64,000 nucleotides of DNA, taken from an uncultured candidate division Zixibacteria bacterium. GTDB taxonomy: Bacteria > Zixibacteria > MSB-5A5 > GN15 > FEB-12. Location: the NCBI GenBank assembly GCA_963735035.1, contig CAVTJJ010000002.1, positions 1 to 64,000 on the forward strand, written 5' to 3'. A program made the position numbers and the translations under genes. Positions 28,662 through 41,125 of this stretch are shown here, one piece after another. Within the stretch, counting starts at the first letter, position 1. The number at the start of each line of letters is the position of its first letter. Under the pieces are notes generated by a model. It did no database searches. It was not told the origin of the DNA and saw only the letters and a list, made by a program, of their open reading frames with translations.

Positions 28662-29090
28662 TTAATGACTGCTGTCAACAGGCGGTGGAGTCGGGTGCGA
28701 TAATGCAGCGGTCGAGTCGGTCTTAGCGCCGGGGACAGAATCGTGTTGATAGATTACGGCTTCATTCCTGAACGGTCGCGCCTTGATTTGATCGATGTCG
28801 CCGCGATTGAGCGTGTCGAACATGGTGAATACGATAAATATCGTGAGGATCAGCAACGCTCCGACAAAGATCGTGGCAAACAGCTTGTTCGCGTATTTCA
28901 GGTGCATGAAATACAGTGCAACGAGAGTTCCCTTAGTCACCGCGATGGCCATCGCCACCACCATGTTGAATGGCCCCAGATGATACTGTGCCACCCACAC
29001 GGTTATGCCCGTCAGCACTATCAACGTGATACCGATCTTGAGATACAACTGGAACGGGAGGATGTGTTCGTTGTGAGTCGCGCTTTCCAC
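28662..29090 (-). CDS. ctaF: Cytochrome c oxidase subunit IV
   Basis: LIVLTGITV...KGTLVALYFMHLKY. Confidence 0.85.
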   Translation of the reverse strand: MESATHNEHILPFQLYLKIGITLIVLTGITVWVAQYHLGPFNMVVAMAIAVTKGTLVALYFMHLKYANKLFATIFVGALLILTIFIVFTMFDTLNRGDIDQIKARPFRNEAVIYQHDSVPGAKTDSTAALSHPTPPPVDSSH

Positions 29091-29099
29091 GGTGCCACC

Positions 29100-29753
29100 T
29101 CAGCCGATTAGATAAAACAACGGGAACAGGAAGATCCAGATCAGGTCCACCAGGTGCCAATACAGACCGGTTAGCTCCAGCGGCGTGTAATACGCGGCCG
29201 AGAAATCGCCCCGTCGAGTGCGGCGGATCATCCAGACAATGATCCCTATCCCCCCGATCACATGCAACCCGTGCAGCCCGGTCATCAGGAAATACACCGA
29301 GAAGAAGACGTGTGGGTTCGTCCCTTCAATCCCGGTGAACGTGTAGTATTTCCCCGGAAGTTGTCCCAGTTCAAACTTGTGTAAGTATTCGAAGTATTTG
29401 ATGACCAGAAACACTCCGGCCAAACAGACCGTGGGAACCAGACCGTAGATTGCCTCCCGTTGCCGTCCGAGTTGCATGGAGCGAATCGCCAGCGCCATGG
29501 TCACAGAGCTGGAGATCAATACCACCGTATTGGTGGTGCCCAGAACCACGTTTAGCTGCTTGTGGGCGTTGAAGAACATATCCGGATACCACGAACGAAA
29601 GATCGCATAGAAGCAGAACAGCCCGCCGAACAAGAGAATCTCAGTCAAGAGAAAGATCCACATGCCGAGCCGGGCGGCGTCCAACTGCTGCTCGGAGTCG
29701 ACAAAATGGTGCTGCAGATGCTCCGGATGAGCAAGAGTCGAATCGCCGCTCAC
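29100..29753 (-). CDS. ctaE: Cytochrome c oxidase subunit III
   Basis: [42 protein letters not shown]. Confidence 0.92.
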   Translation of the reverse strand: MSGDSTLAHPEHLQHHFVDSEQQLDAARLGMWIFLLTEILLFGGLFCFYAIFRSWYPDMFFNAHKQLNVVLGTTNTVVLISSSVTMALAIRSMQLGRQREAIYGLVPTVCLAGVFLVIKYFEYLHKFELGQLPGKYYTFTGIEGTNPHVFFSVYFLMTGLHGLHVIGGIGIIVWMIRRTRRGDFSAAYYTPLELTGLYWHLVDLIWIFLFPLFYLIG

Positions 29754-31390
29754 GACTTAGCCCCTTCTTCTGCCTCGACTGTCACGCTATCATAGTCGTA
29801 GGGGCCGTGTTCCAGCTTCATATCTTTTTCGAAATTATGTGTCACTGGAGGTGATCCCGCTTCCCATTCCATCGTAAGCGATCCCCATGGGTTCGGCCCA
29901 GCCGGCTCTCCTCTAAAGAGGGAATAGATCAGGTAGATCGCCATGATCAGGAATCCGGTGCCCAGGATGAACGCCCCCACCGAGGAGACATCGTTGAGCA
30001 TTTGGAACTGCAGTGGGTAGGCGTAATAGCGACGCGGCATGCCTCTCGCGCCCAGGATGAACTGCGTAAAGAAGGCCACGTTGAAGCCTACGAATATAAT
30101 GACGGATGTAATCTGGGCGATTAGCTCGGGATACTTCTTGCCGAACATTTTGGGCCACCAATAGTGTATTCCGCCCAGCAGCGCCATGACCGTCCCGCCC
30201 ATCATCACATAATGGAAGTGCGCGACGACGAAATAAGTGCCGTGCAGATGGACATTCACTGCCAGCGCTCCAAGGAACATCCCCGTCAGCCCCCCTACCG
30301 TAAAGAGAAATAGAAAGGCAATAGCATAGAGCATGGGGGTCTTCAGTGAAATGGAGCCTTTGTACATCGTGGCCAGCCAATTGAAGATTTTTATTCCCGA
30401 TGGAATGGCGACCATGAAAGTCAGGAACGAGAAGATCGTCGCCGCCAGCTCCGACTGACCCGAAGTAAACATGTGGTGTCCCCAGACGAGGAAACTGACT
30501 AGCGCTATACCGAGTGACGAGAAGGCAATAGCCCTGTAGCCGAAAATCCGTTTGTGCGAGAAGGTCGAGATCAACTCCGAGATGATCCCCATCCCCGGAA
30601 GAATCATGATATAAACCGCCGGGTGCGAATAGAACCAGAAGAAGTGCTGATACAGCACCGGATCGCCCCCCATGGCCGGGTCGAAAATACCGATACCGAA
30701 CAGTCGTTCGAAAATAAGCAGCAACAACGTAATGCCCAGCACCGGTGTAGCCAGAACCTGGATGATCGCAGTCGCGTACAACGCCCATACCATGAGTGGC
30801 ATCTTGAACCAGGTCATCCCCGGGGCTCGCATCTTGTGAACCGTCACAATGAAATTAAGCCCGGTGAAGATCGAGGAGAATCCCAGCACGAAGGCCCCGA
30901 ATGTCAGGCTGACCACAGCGCTATTGGATCCGGTCGAATACGGTGTGTAGAAAGTCCAGCCGGTGTCCACTCCACCCTGCATGATAGAAAAGACCGCCAC
31001 GAGCGATCCAAAAATGTAAACATACCACGAAGCCAGGTTGAGCCGCGGAAAAGCCACGTCCCTGGCGCCGATCATCAGCGGAAGCACGAAGTTGCCCAGG
31101 GCCGCCGGAATGGACGGTATGATAAACATGAAGATCATGATTGCGCCGTGTAGCGTAAACAGGCGGTCGTACCACTCGGCGCTTACCAGGTCCCTTACCG
31201 GCGACAACAGCTCGACCCGGAGTAGCATCGCCATCAGGCCGCCCACAAAGAAGAAGAACATAATGCTGGCCAGGTACATCACGCCAATCCGCTTGTGATC
31301 CCTGGTCAACAGCCAGGACTTGAGCCCGCGCGGTTCAGTCAGATAGTTCACTTGCGGTTGAGTGTTCACGTCCCACACACCTGTCTTCAC
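29750..31390 (-). CDS. ctaD: Cytochrome c oxidase subunit I, type A2
   Basis: [25 protein letters not shown] (YS motif = A2), WGHHMF, VAHFHY, GMPRRY. Confidence 0.95.
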   Translation of the reverse strand: MKTGVWDVNTQPQVNYLTEPRGLKSWLLTRDHKRIGVMYLASIMFFFFVGGLMAMLLRVELLSPVRDLVSAEWYDRLFTLHGAIMIFMFIIPSIPAALGNFVLPLMIGARDVAFPRLNLASWYVYIFGSLVAVFSIMQGGVDTGWTFYTPYSTGSNSAVVSLTFGAFVLGFSSIFTGLNFIVTVHKMRAPGMTWFKMPLMVWALYATAIIQVLATPVLGITLLLLIFERLFGIGIFDPAMGGDPVLYQHFFWFYSHPAVYIMILPGMGIISELISTFSHKRIFGYRAIAFSSLGIALVSFLVWGHHMFTSGQSELAATIFSFLTFMVAIPSGIKIFNWLATMYKGSISLKTPMLYAIAFLFLFTVGGLTGMFLGALAVNVHLHGTYFVVAHFHYVMMGGTVMALLGGIHYWWPKMFGKKYPELIAQITSVIIFVGFNVAFFTQFILGARGMPRRYYAYPLQFQMLNDVSSVGAFILGTGFLIMAIYLIYSLFRGEPAGPNPWGSLTMEWEAGSPPVTHNFEKDMKLEHGPYDYDSVTVEAEEGAKS

Positions 31391-32328
31391 TTCAATGTCT
31401 TTATATACGCAATCAAGGCGTCGATTTGACGGGACTTGAGCACGTTCTGGTACGTCGGCATCACCGGCTGAAAGCCGTTGACTACTTTGGCCTTCGGATC
31501 GAGTATGGATTCCCTTATGTAGTTCTCGTCGGCAGTTACTTTTGCACCCGTCTGTAGCAGAACTTCCGAGCCGTACAGATTACGGAAACTTGGGCCGGTC
31601 TTGACCGATCCGTCGAGCGCATGACAGGTCACACAAGCCTTCGAACTGTATAGCTGGGCCCCATAAGCTTCGAGCGACAACCCTTCCCCCAGCCTGGCGC
31701 CGGCGTCCACCCAGGCCTGATATGCCGAATCACTCACTACCCGGATCGAGCCGAGCATTTCAGAGTGCCCCTTGCCGCAGTACTCGGAGCAATAGAGTGG
31801 GAAGATTCCTTCTCGGGTCGCCTGGAACCAGGTCTCGGTATATCTATTCGGAAGAACATCCTGTTTGAGACGAAAATTGGGGACAAAGAAGCCGTGAATG
31901 ACATCGGTCGAGGACATAAGCAGTTTGATCGGCTTTCCCACCGGTACTACCAGCTCGTTGACAGCCGTGGCCCCTCCCGGATGGTCGAACGTCCAGAACC
32001 AGCGCTGGGCGGTGACTTTGATTTCGAGAGCGCCGTGAGGAACGATGTAGAGCCGCATGTAAGCGCGAAATCCCCATACAAACACTATCATCATCAGGAT
32101 TACCGGAATGACCGTCCAGGTTATCTCCAACCCCAGGCTGTGGTCTTTTCCCGATGTCAGCCCTGCTTTGCCCCGGCGTCGATATCGGAAGACAAAGACG
32201 ATAACGCCCGTCGCTACGATCAGGAAGAACGCCAGACTGGCGTACAAGATGAAATTGAACAGAGAATCAAAATCCCCGGCCGACGTCGAAACCGCTGATG
32301 GCAGCCAGGGTGCAACAGCCGTATCCAT
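31387..32328 (-). CDS. ctaC: Cytochrome c oxidase subunit II with fused cytochrome c (caa3 type)
   Basis: [18 protein letters not shown]uA site, C-terminal CVTCH. Confidence 0.92.
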   Translation of the reverse strand: MDTAVAPWLPSAVSTSAGDFDSLFNFILYASLAFFLIVATGVIVFVFRYRRRGKAGLTSGKDHSLGLEITWTVIPVILMMIVFVWGFRAYMRLYIVPHGALEIKVTAQRWFWTFDHPGGATAVNELVVPVGKPIKLLMSSTDVIHGFFVPNFRLKQDVLPNRYTETWFQATREGIFPLYCSEYCGKGHSEMLGSIRVVSDSAYQAWVDAGARLGEGLSLEAYGAQLYSSKACVTCHALDGSVKTGPSFRNLYGSEVLLQTGAKVTADENYIRESILDPKAKVVNGFQPVMPTYQNVLKSRQIDALIAYIKTLK

Positions 32329-32332
32329 CGCC

Positions 32333-33223
32333 CTAACCTTTCGCTGCCTCTTCAGTCTTAACCGCCGACGTCGAATCCAGAGCCCGTCGGCGCTTTCTTT
32401 CACCAAACCAGAGCAGGCTGACAAAAATGCCCAGCGCCAGGACGCTGGCCACTCCTCCCAGCTTCATGAGATTATTCGCCGCGACCGTATAGCCGCGAGT
32501 ATCCGGATCATAATGATAGCAGTACAAGATCAGCCGCTCCATCGGGGTCCCAAGGTGTCCGTTCGATGCTTCCAAAAGACTCAGCTTGAGATCGGTCTTG
32601 GAGAATTGTATACCGTAAAGATAGCGGGAGATGCGCCCGTCAGGAGTAAGCACATACGCCCCGGCCGGATGAGCATATTGTCCCTGGGCGCTGTCATAGA
32701 AATACTTGAAACCGATTGCATCGGCCAAAGCGCGCGACTGCGTTGAATCTCCAACCAGGAACGCCCAGCCGGACTCGTCAATCGGGCGATTGATGGACTT
32801 GAGGTAGTTCGCCTTCTTGGCGGCCGCCAACTCGTACTTCTCTTTCGGATTTATGCTGACCGTTACTATCTGAAACTGTTTGCCGGGATTCCAATCGAGC
32901 TGATTGACACCATCGACCATCCCATTGAATACCAGATTGCAGAGCATCGGGCACTCGTAATAACCGAGTATGAGAACAACCGGACGTTGCCCGCTGAAAT
33001 ACTTGCCCAGTTGGACCGTGTCTCCGTGGTCGTCCACAAAGCGCAGGTTCTCAGGGATCGTATCCCCGATCTTCTCCACGATATCGACTCTACTCAATTC
33101 GGCCGAGGAGTCAAGCACCACCTGGCTGCGCACCGGTCCCGAGGCCATAAACAGTATCAGAACGAGCCATATGGCCCGTGTCCGATAACTGGCCAAGCGG
33201 ATATTGTCAGTTAGTGGAGTCAT
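32333..33223 (-). CDS. SCO family copper chaperone
   Basis: YYECPMLC motif, YAHP, GRISRYLYG, LYCYHYDP. Confidence 0.85.
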   Translation of the reverse strand: MTPLTDNIRLASYRTRAIWLVLILFMASGPVRSQVVLDSSAELSRVDIVEKIGDTIPENLRFVDDHGDTVQLGKYFSGQRPVVLILGYYECPMLCNLVFNGMVDGVNQLDWNPGKQFQIVTVSINPKEKYELAAAKKANYLKSINRPIDESGWAFLVGDSTQSRALADAIGFKYFYDSAQGQYAHPAGAYVLTPDGRISRYLYGIQFSKTDLKLSLLEASNGHLGTPMERLILYCYHYDPDTRGYTVAANNLMKLGGVASVLALGIFVSLLWFGERKRRRALDSTSAVKTEEAAKG

Positions 33224-33238
33224 CGACCCATCCAACAA

Positions 33239-33560
33239 CTATTTGTAGGTAGTGGTTCCCGTCGAATCGGCCGCTATCAGCTCCATGGCGCGCCTGATCG
33301 GAACCCGGTAAGTACCTGCAACGGAATCGACTACGCCGTAGCTTTTTAGAATCGAATCTTCGGCGTGACGAAGCGCCGGGAGTTCCGGCGCGACCGGCTT
33401 CAAGGTCTGCTCGAAGTAGATCTCTTCCCGAGTATTGATGAAAGCGTTGTAGAGCACTAATCACTACGATGACGATGAATATCACCGCCGCCAGCGCGGT
33501 CAGGAAGATCCGGCGGATGTTCGTGTCGCGATGCTCGTATTCGGACGGGTGGTCATTCAT
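33239..33560 (-). CDS. Small single-TM accessory protein of the ACIII/oxidase cluster (frameshift ~33460)
   Basis: MNDHPSEYEHRD plus TM, continuing in another frame as ...SYGVVD...YRVPIRRAMEL. Confidence 0.55.
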
Positions 33561-33568
33561 CGAAGTTC

Positions 33569-34754
33569 TCACTGATTCACGAAATTTGATCGACTTCTCC
33601 AGCCAGGGATCGCCTACCGGGACGGTCGAATGCGAGCTGAACGAGCGCCAGAACCCGGCCAGGAAGAGACCGCCCAACCCTACCACCGGAGCCAGTTCGA
33701 TCCAACCGACTGACGGCCCCGATTCAAAATAGACTGGATAGACTAACCAGTACATATCGACCCAATGCATCACGACCAGCAAGACGGCTCCCAAGCCCAG
33801 CCACGGGATTCTTCGCTTGACGCCCTGGAAAATCAGGTAAACAAATGGAATTATGAAATGACCGAACAACAAGAACAGGCTAAACCCTTTCCAACCTCCT
33901 TGCCAACGAGCCAGGAACCAGATCGTCTCTTCCGGGATGTTTCCGTACCAGATCAGGAAATACTGTGAGAATCCGATGTACGCCCAAAATATGATGAAGG
34001 CAAACATCAGTTTCCCAAGATCATGGTAATGCTCCACCGTGATGCTCTCACGCAGGATACCGTTTCGCCGCAGGAACATGCTCAAGAGTGCAATGGCCGA
34101 GACTCCAGCCAGGAACAGGCCACCGAAATAGTAGACGCCGAAAATGGTCGAGTACCAATGGGGCGCCAGTGACATCAGCCAGTCGAAAGCGGCAAACGTG
34201 ATTGTCACAGCGAATAACAGCATCCCCACGGCGGAGACTTTGCGTAGCCCGCTAATATGGTCTTGCTGCGGAGCGATGTCCTGCGCCAACGACTTCTTTC
34301 TCAAAAGATACGCCAGGAGTCCCCAGATGCCAAAATAGACCACTGCCCGAATGATAAAGAAAGGTACATTCAGGTATCCTGACTTCCATTTCAGAAGATG
34401 ATCGCTCGCCACAGTTTCAGGGTGCGACCATTCAAACAGGTCGTGCATTCCGAGAAGCACTGGGACAAACGCCAGCGCCAGCCATGGAAGCTGAAGCATC
34501 ATGGCCTCAGAGACGCGACGCAGCACTACGCTCCAGCGTGCCGCGGTCAAATAATGCAGCATCGTGAAGAACAACCCGGCCAGAGCCAGCGAAAGCCAGA
34601 ATAGAAACGCAGTCAGCCAGGCATGATAGAACCGGGGGGCATCGGTCATCCAACCCAGACCGCTCACCACAAGCCCGAGCAGTCCAACCGCCAACGCGAC
34701 CGGCATGACCCGTCCGCGTTCGAGGATTACATATTTCAGTGCGTCGTACTTCAC
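33569..34754 (-). CDS. actF: Alternative complex III subunit ActF (probable extra base ~33583 near the stop)
   Basis: Multi-TM; ARWSVVLRR, DWLMSLAPHWYSTIFG, HDLGKLMFAF, YLIWYGNIPEE-like segment. Confidence 0.85.
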
Positions 34755-34768
34755 GATCCTATTACCGT

Positions 34769-35371
34769 CTAATGCAAGTTCTGTCGTTCTGCCTGCGGAA
34801 TGTCGTTAATCGTCGACCGGTGGCTCTTCTGCAGCGCCCTGACATACCCTACAATCGACCAGCGATCATCGATCGGGATCTGATACCTGTAGGGCGGCAT
34901 GTTGCGCAAACCGTTCGTCATGACATTGAAGATGTGACCGTCCTCAATGTTTACGAGGCGTGGATCATGGAAACTTGGCGGCGGCAGCATCCCCTTTATG
35001 ACCATAATACTCTTCGCGTTGCCCACCCTTCCGTGGCAGGGTGCACAGTATATATTGAACCGTTCCTGACCGCGCTGAAGCCTCGCCATGGTCATCATGA
35101 CCGGGGCCTTCTTCACCAGTTTACCGCCGGCGTCCATACCTTCATAGTATTCTGATGAATCCGCGCGCAGCCACCCACGGGCCACCGTGCCCTCGACCGG
35201 CTGGCGCATTGTTGAACCATCCGCAAAATAATCACTCGAAGCCTGTGGTTTGTACTTGGGTTGATCGGCCATGTTCTGTTGGACGCGCATCGGGGGCTTA
35301 TCCGAAGGTTGGTGCCGCGAACATCCTGACGCCGCCAACAAAAGGATAGCCATGACAACAAGTTTCTTCAT
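34769..35371 (-). CDS. actE: ACIII monoheme cytochrome c lipoprotein ActE
   Basis: Lipobox ASGC, MRQPVEGTVARG, CAPCH, DRWSIVGYVRALQ. Confidence 0.88.
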   Translation of the reverse strand: MKKLVVMAILLLAASGCSRHQPSDKPPMRVQQNMADQPKYKPQASSDYFADGSTMRQPVEGTVARGWLRADSSEYYEGMDAGGKLVKKAPVMMTMARLQRGQERFNIYCAPCHGRVGNAKSIMVIKGMLPPPSFHDPRLVNIEDGHIFNVMTNGLRNMPPYRYQIPIDDRWSIVGYVRALQKSHRSTINDIPQAERQNLH

Positions 35372-35916
35372 GCGCCCCTCACTACTTCGATACGGCAGCC
35401 GCCGATCGATTCGAGAAACTTACCGGTTGTCTCGGCGTCGAACTTAGGATCTTCGGCTTCGATGCTGACAAAGAAGGCGTCGTCGGAAAACCGCTTGAAG
35501 TTCTCCGAATAGAAATTGCCGTGAAACCATTGCGGCAGACGATTCAGAATTAGCATCCCGAACACGGCCCCCAGTGCTGCGCCAAGTATTGTCAAGCCAA
35601 AGGTGACGATTATGAACGCCTGCCAGGAGAAATAGGGTTTGCCGGCGATTACCATCGGATAATCCACCGCACTGGTCCACCACTGCAACCACATGGCAAA
35701 CGTTCCTCCCAGGGCGCCACATATTCCGGCAATGAAACCAACTTTCGACCGATTCAGCCCCATGGCGGCGTCCATCCCATGAATCGGGAAAGGTGAATGA
35801 CAGTCAAATTTCTTATAACCGGCATCGCGTACCTTTTCAGCCGCCTGGAGCAGCTCACCGGCAGAACCGAACTCAGCCAGCACCGAATAGATTCTCTCCT
35901 TTGCCGCCGTTGCCAT
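35368..35916 (-). CDS. actD: ACIII subunit ActD (DUF3341)
   Basis: DCHSPFPIHG, YPMVIAGKP, two TM helices. Confidence 0.85.
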   Translation of the reverse strand: MATAAKERIYSVLAEFGSAGELLQAAEKVRDAGYKKFDCHSPFPIHGMDAAMGLNRSKVGFIAGICGALGGTFAMWLQWWTSAVDYPMVIAGKPYFSWQAFIIVTFGLTILGAALGAVFGMLILNRLPQWFHGNFYSENFKRFSDDAFFVSIEAEDPKFDAETTGKFLESIGGCRIEVVRGA

Positions 35917-37298
35917 CAGTGCTTCCCTCCATGATGGGGATCCGCTTCCGGCAGTACCCCTTTCACTTCTGACATAGCGATCATGGGCACGAACTTGGCA
36001 AAGAGCAGGAAGAGCGTAAAGAATAGTCCGAACGTTCCAACGAAAGTCGAAATGTCCCAAATAGACGGCTTGTAGTACTCCCAGCTCGACGGCAAGTAGT
36101 CGCGCGAAAGCGACATGACAATCACAAAGCGTTCAAACCACATGCCGATATTTATTAGAATCGAGGCTACGAACATTATCCAAATTGTACGTCGCCATTT
36201 CTTCACCCAGAATATCTGCGGTACGATCACGTTGCAGCTGATCATGATCCAATATGCCCAGGCATACGGCCCGAAGGCTCGATTGATAAACGTGAACGAC
36301 TCGTAAATATTGCCGGAGTACCAGGCAATAAAGAACTCACAGCCATAGGCGTAACCGACCATCATGCCGGTGACCATCATGATCTTGTTCATCTTCTCAA
36401 GATGGTCAAGAGTGATGAAATGCTCCAGACTGAGAATGTTTCGCGCGACAACGGCCAGGGTCATTACCATAGCAAAGCCGGAGAAGATCGCACCGGCTAC
36501 AAAATAGGGAGGGAAGATCGTTGAGTGCCACCCCGGCACAATTGACGTCGCAAAATCGGTAGACACGACCGAGTGAACTGACAGCACCAACGGAGTTGAA
36601 ATACCTGCGAGAATCAAATAAGCCAGTTCGTAATTCTTCCACTGTCGGTTGCCGCCACGCCACCCAAAGCTGAGAATGCCCAGCACAATCTTACGGACCC
36701 TTGTGACGGCGCGGTCTCTCAGTGTGGCGAGGTCCGGTATCAGACCCACAAACCAGAATAGAAGTGAACAGGTAAAATAGATCGAGACCGCAAACACGTC
36801 CCACAGCAAAGGCGAGCGGAAATTCGGCCACATGCTCATCTGATTCGGGATCGGGAAGACCCAATAGAGCAGCCAGGCGCGGCCGACATGGATCGACGGG
36901 AACACCAGCGCACAGAGAACTGCAAACAGAGTCATCGACTCGGCGAACCGGTTGATGGAAGTACGCCAGCGTTGACGAAATAGAAACAGAACGGCGGATA
37001 TCAGTGTCCCGGCGTGACCGATACCGACCCACCAGACGAAGTTGACAATCGCCCAGCCCCACGCGACCGGAACGTTGAGTCCCCAGATACCTACCCCTTC
37101 CCAGAATAAGTATCCAATCGAGCCAATCAAGAGCAACAGCCCGGAAAAGGCCGCACTGAATCCAAGCAACCAGTTAAGTGGAATCTTGCGCTCGGTGATC
37201 CCTGCGATCTTAAGACTGATCGTACCGAACGTTTGACCGCCGGTAATCAGTGGCGCGTCGGCGCCGGGTGGTAAGCCTGTCTTCTCGAGCGTGCTCAT
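35916..37298 (-). CDS. actC: ACIII NrfD-like quinol-binding subunit ActC
   Basis: [53 protein letters not shown]. Confidence 0.92.
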   Translation of the reverse strand: MSTLEKTGLPPGADAPLITGGQTFGTISLKIAGITERKIPLNWLLGFSAAFSGLLLLIGSIGYLFWEGVGIWGLNVPVAWGWAIVNFVWWVGIGHAGTLISAVLFLFRQRWRTSINRFAESMTLFAVLCALVFPSIHVGRAWLLYWVFPIPNQMSMWPNFRSPLLWDVFAVSIYFTCSLLFWFVGLIPDLATLRDRAVTRVRKIVLGILSFGWRGGNRQWKNYELAYLILAGISTPLVLSVHSVVSTDFATSIVPGWHSTIFPPYFVAGAIFSGFAMVMTLAVVARNILSLEHFITLDHLEKMNKIMMVTGMMVGYAYGCEFFIAWYSGNIYESFTFINRAFGPYAWAYWIMISCNVIVPQIFWVKKWRRTIWIMFVASILINIGMWFERFVIVMSLSRDYLPSSWEYYKPSIWDISTFVGTFGLFFTLFLLFAKFVPMIAMSEVKGVLPEADPHHGGKH

Positions 37299-37305
37299 TT
37301 GAGTT

Positions 37306-40269
37306 TCAACCGTTATGATCTTCTTCGCTTCTGCCCGATTCGACCAGCGTCGGATTAGGATTACGCAACTTCGCCATGTACGTTGTGCGCGGACGGGTAT
37401 TCATTTCTTCAAGTACTCGATACTTGCGATCGTTCTGCTTCAATTGTGCTACCCGGCTCTTCGGGTCCCTGATATTACCAAACACAATCGCCTGCGCCGG
37501 ACAAGCGGACTCGCAGGCCGTCTTGATCTCGCCGTCCGCGACCGTCCGTCCATGGGTCTTGGCATTGATCTTGCCCAGAGCGATGCGCTGGATGCAGTAG
37601 GTGCACTTTTCCATGACACCGCGCGAACGGACCGTCACCTCCGGATTCTGCGCCATCTTGACCAGTTCCGGGAAATCCTTGGTATAGTTGAAGAAATTGA
37701 AGCGCCGGACTTTGTACGGACAGTTGTTGGAGCAATATCTTGTCCCGATGCAGCGATTGTAGACCATCACGTTGAGGCCTTCGGGATCGTGATTCGTGGC
37801 CGCCACCGGGCAGACCTGCTCGCACGGCGCCATCTCGCAGTGCTGGCAGTTCATCGGCTGCACGACCACTTCCGGGTCGGCGACATCGCCGGAATAGTAC
37901 CGGTCGATCCGTATCCAGTGCATCTCGCGGGCACGGCGCACCTGCTCATGGCCGACAATCGGGATATTATTCTCGGACTGGCAAGCGATCACACAGGCGT
38001 TGCATCCGGTGCAGGCGTTCAGATCGATCGACATCCCCCACTGATACCCTTGGTCATACTTGTGCTCATCCCACATTGAAGTCAGGGGCGGGTGTTCGAT
38101 TTCCAGCGGAAAGAACTCCGCTTTCTGCTTGTAACCGGCGAGCGTGTTTTCGCGAACTATCGGCCGCCCTTCCATGCTGCCGTGATCCTGGGTGCAGGCG
38201 AGCTCCGCTTTCGCGCCGGTCTTGCGAATCTTGACATTAGGTACGAACCACATGTAAGCGGATATACGCAACTTGTTGGCATCAACTCCAACACCATTAC
38301 CTACCCGTCCGGCGGCGATGCGACCGTAGCCGAGCGCTAACGAGACGGTGTTGTCCGCCTGGCCGGGCGACGTCCAGATCGGGGCTTCTAGTGTTCGTCC
38401 GTTTGCCTCGACCTCGACGATATCTTCGTTTTCGAGACCGAGCTTCTCGGCCAGTATCGGACTTACTAATAGCGCGTTGCCCCATGTCAGCTTGGTAATC
38501 GGATCGGGAAGCTCCTGAAGCCAGCCGTTGTTGGCAAAGCGGCCGTCGAAAAGTGGCCCTACCATATACGTTAGTTCAATACTGTCTGGCGGATTCAGGG
38601 ATCTGCCCGTACCAACTGGCTTCACAGCAAACTGCGCATCAGCAACTTCATCGGGTCGATAGACGCCGTCATGTAACACTCGCCGCCAGGCGCTTTCGGA
38701 GCCATCCTTAAGGAATCTCTCATTCCATGTGTCACGGACCAGATCGTGCGCCGATTTCTCTTCGCCATAGGCGAGGAGCGCGAACATTTCAACGTCGTTG
38801 TGCGAGTTGTGCAGCGGGAGGATATTCGGCTGAATGACGCTGACCGTGCCGTCAACCGAAGCCGCATCACCCCAACTCTCGAGATAGTGAGAGCGGGGTA
38901 TGTGCCAGGGTGACCGAGACCCGGTCTCATCGACGTGCGAACCAAAATGCACCCTGTTGGGGACTTTCCGGAATATCGCTTCAAAGCCGCGATTCGCGGG
39001 CATACTCAGCATCGGGTTACTACCGAGTACGACCAGGGTACTGACTCTGCCCAGCTCGAGGTATCTGTTCAGCGGGTAATGCCCGGCGACAGTAGAAATG
39101 GCCGCGAATGGCATTGGCCTATAGGCGATTGGAGCCTCGCCGCCGATGTTTCCCAGCGCCTGATTCAGCAACATCACCATGTGATGCACTTCCGGAGGCT
39201 GACGCCGCCCGGCGATCACAAGCCCTTTGCCGCGATGCGACAAGAGATCATCAGCCAGTGATTTGGCAACTTGCAGGTCGAACGTTTCTCCATAGTAAGG
39301 AACAAGACCGACGTCTACATCGTGCGCAATTAAGCCTCCGGCGACGGCTCTTAGAAACAGCCCGACGTCGGAGGTGCAACTTCGCACCCGGTGGTCCGCC
39401 ATCATGCCGGTCACCGACATATTCGGCTCAACCACATAGAGCCGATTCATGTCATCTTTCTGACTCTCTACCCGCCGACCTTTGGAAAACGCGGTCGTAT
39501 GCTTGACCGACTCACTCTCACTCCCGAGAAAATCACAATCGAGTGACAGAATAACTTTGGCCCGGTCAAAATGATAGATCGGCTGCAATTTCTGGCCGGT
39601 CGCATCTTCGATTCCACGATAGATGTTCTCATCGGAGATCGGCTCCCAGGGCACCCAAAATGCTCCGGGAAACGTTTCTTCAAACTGCTTCTTGAGTCGA
39701 GCCAGAGTCGGTGAATTGAACGTCTCGGAAAGTACCGCCAGCCCTACCCCGCCGTTCGCTTTGAATTTGGCGTGCTGGGTCTTCCACCATTTGACAAAAT
39801 CTTCCCAGGTGGAATCGGCGCCCTTGTGAAGCACGGTCTTCGAGCGATCAGGATCATACAGATCGAGAATTGACGCCTGTATCTGTGCGCTTACCGCACC
39901 GCCCGACGATGGATGCAGAGGATTGCCTTCGATGAAAGTCGGGCGGCCCTCGTAATTCCTGACGATCACACCGTAGGCTGACAAACCAATCGGTACCGTC
40001 GTAGCGTAATAATTCGGCACACCGGGATCGACATTTTCCGGCCGAATTACATACGGCACGATCTTTTCTACCGGACGGCGGCATGAAGTAAGCCCGGCGA
40101 GCGCCAGCGATGCCCCCATCGTGGTGAGGAATGACCGCCGCGTCCAGGCGTTATCGGCAAGTTCAATTGTCCCCTTCGGGAATTCCCGATGCAGGAATTC
40201 CTTGAACTCGTCGGTCTGCGACAAGTGGTCAAGCGAACGCCAGTAATCTTTGCCCTTGGCTTCCATCAT
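37306..40269 (-). CDS. actB: ACIII subunit ActB (molybdopterin-oxidoreductase-like + 4Fe-4S domains)
   Basis: YWRSL, Tat [63 protein letters not shown]. Confidence 0.92.
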   Translation of the reverse strand: MMEAKGKDYWRSLDHLSQTDEFKEFLHREFPKGTIELADNAWTRRSFLTTMGASLALAGLTSCRRPVEKIVPYVIRPENVDPGVPNYYATTVPIGLSAYGVIVRNYEGRPTFIEGNPLHPSSGGAVSAQIQASILDLYDPDRSKTVLHKGADSTWEDFVKWWKTQHAKFKANGGVGLAVLSETFNSPTLARLKKQFEETFPGAFWVPWEPISDENIYRGIEDATGQKLQPIYHFDRAKVILSLDCDFLGSESESVKHTTAFSKGRRVESQKDDMNRLYVVEPNMSVTGMMADHRVRSCTSDVGLFLRAVAGGLIAHDVDVGLVPYYGETFDLQVAKSLADDLLSHRGKGLVIAGRRQPPEVHHMVMLLNQALGNIGGEAPIAYRPMPFAAISTVAGHYPLNRYLELGRVSTLVVLGSNPMLSMPANRGFEAIFRKVPNRVHFGSHVDETGSRSPWHIPRSHYLESWGDAASVDGTVSVIQPNILPLHNSHNDVEMFALLAYGEEKSAHDLVRDTWNERFLKDGSESAWRRVLHDGVYRPDEVADAQFAVKPVGTGRSLNPPDSIELTYMVGPLFDGRFANNGWLQELPDPITKLTWGNALLVSPILAEKLGLENEDIVEVEANGRTLEAPIWTSPGQADNTVSLALGYGRIAAGRVGNGVGVDANKLRISAYMWFVPNVKIRKTGAKAELACTQDHGSMEGRPIVRENTLAGYKQKAEFFPLEIEHPPLTSMWDEHKYDQGYQWGMSIDLNACTGCNACVIACQSENNIPIVGHEQVRRAREMHWIRIDRYYSGDVADPEVVVQPMNCQHCEMAPCEQVCPVAATNHDPEGLNVMVYNRCIGTRYCSNNCPYKVRRFNFFNYTKDFPELVKMAQNPEVTVRSRGVMEKCTYCIQRIALGKINAKTHGRTVADGEIKTACESACPAQAIVFGNIRDPKSRVAQLKQNDRKYRVLEEMNTRPRTTYMAKLRNPNPTLVESGRSEEDHNG

Positions 40270-40275
40270 CTCGAT

Positions 40276-40923
40276 CTATCTATGACACCCCGAGCAGGCA
40301 GTCGGGGGCTTGATGTTCTTTTCCTGTTTCCACCGGACGACCCACTCGCCGAGGTCGGCCGGCTTTTCCCAATTCATATTCGTGACTTCGCTCACCGGCC
40401 GAAGGTATTGATCGGGGTTCCGATGGCATTCCAGACACCAACCCATGCTGAGCGGTTTCGAAAGCGTGATCTCCTCCATCTGGGTCACATTGCCATGACA
40501 GGAGATGCACCCTACCCCGGCGCTGAGGTGCGCAGAATGGTTGAAATAGACGAAATCGGGCAAGTGGTGGACGCGAATCCATTCGATCGGTTGCCCCGAT
40601 GCAAAACTGCTGCTCACGAGTTTCATCTTCTCAGTGTCCGGCTTGACCATTGTGTGACAATTCATACAGGTCCGGAGCGGCGGCACATTGGCGTGAGCCT
40701 GACGCTCGACCGAAGTATGGCAGTAGCGGCAGTCGACCCCCAGATCACCCGCGTGGACTTTGTGGCTGTACGCCACCGGTTGATGCGGTCGATAGCCGAC
40801 ATCGGTGTACTCCGGCGAAAAATAGTACCAGACCAATCCAACCACTCCGATCAGGGCACAAACACCGCCGATCGCGATGGCGGTCGGTATCCTATTGGAC
40901 CATTTTGGAAAGATCTGCGCCAA
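40276..40923 (-). CDS. actA: ACIII pentaheme cytochrome c ActA
   Basis: N-terminal TM and five CxxCH motifs (CRYCH, CMNCH, CISCH, CLECH, CSGCH). Confidence 0.92.
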   Translation of the reverse strand: MAQIFPKWSNRIPTAIAIGGVCALIGVVGLVWYYFSPEYTDVGYRPHQPVAYSHKVHAGDLGVDCRYCHTSVERQAHANVPPLRTCMNCHTMVKPDTEKMKLVSSSFASGQPIEWIRVHHLPDFVYFNHSAHLSAGVGCISCHGNVTQMEEITLSKPLSMGWCLECHRNPDQYLRPVSEVTNMNWEKPADLGEWVVRWKQEKNIKPPTACSGCHR

Positions 40924-41125
40924 GAGTCAATTTCCGTACTGCTGAAACATCTCAATTATGTTCTGGTCGAGCCGGCGTTGCCCTCAAGGGACCAGGACCA
41001 ACCTCGCACCCGATTTCGTCCCACATTCTACTTACTGAGCGATAGAATAGTTATCGACCGTCAATGTCAACCTTTTCCTATTTCAACAACTTCATACAGC
41101 ATCGTTCCGCATTCCGTACCCGGAC

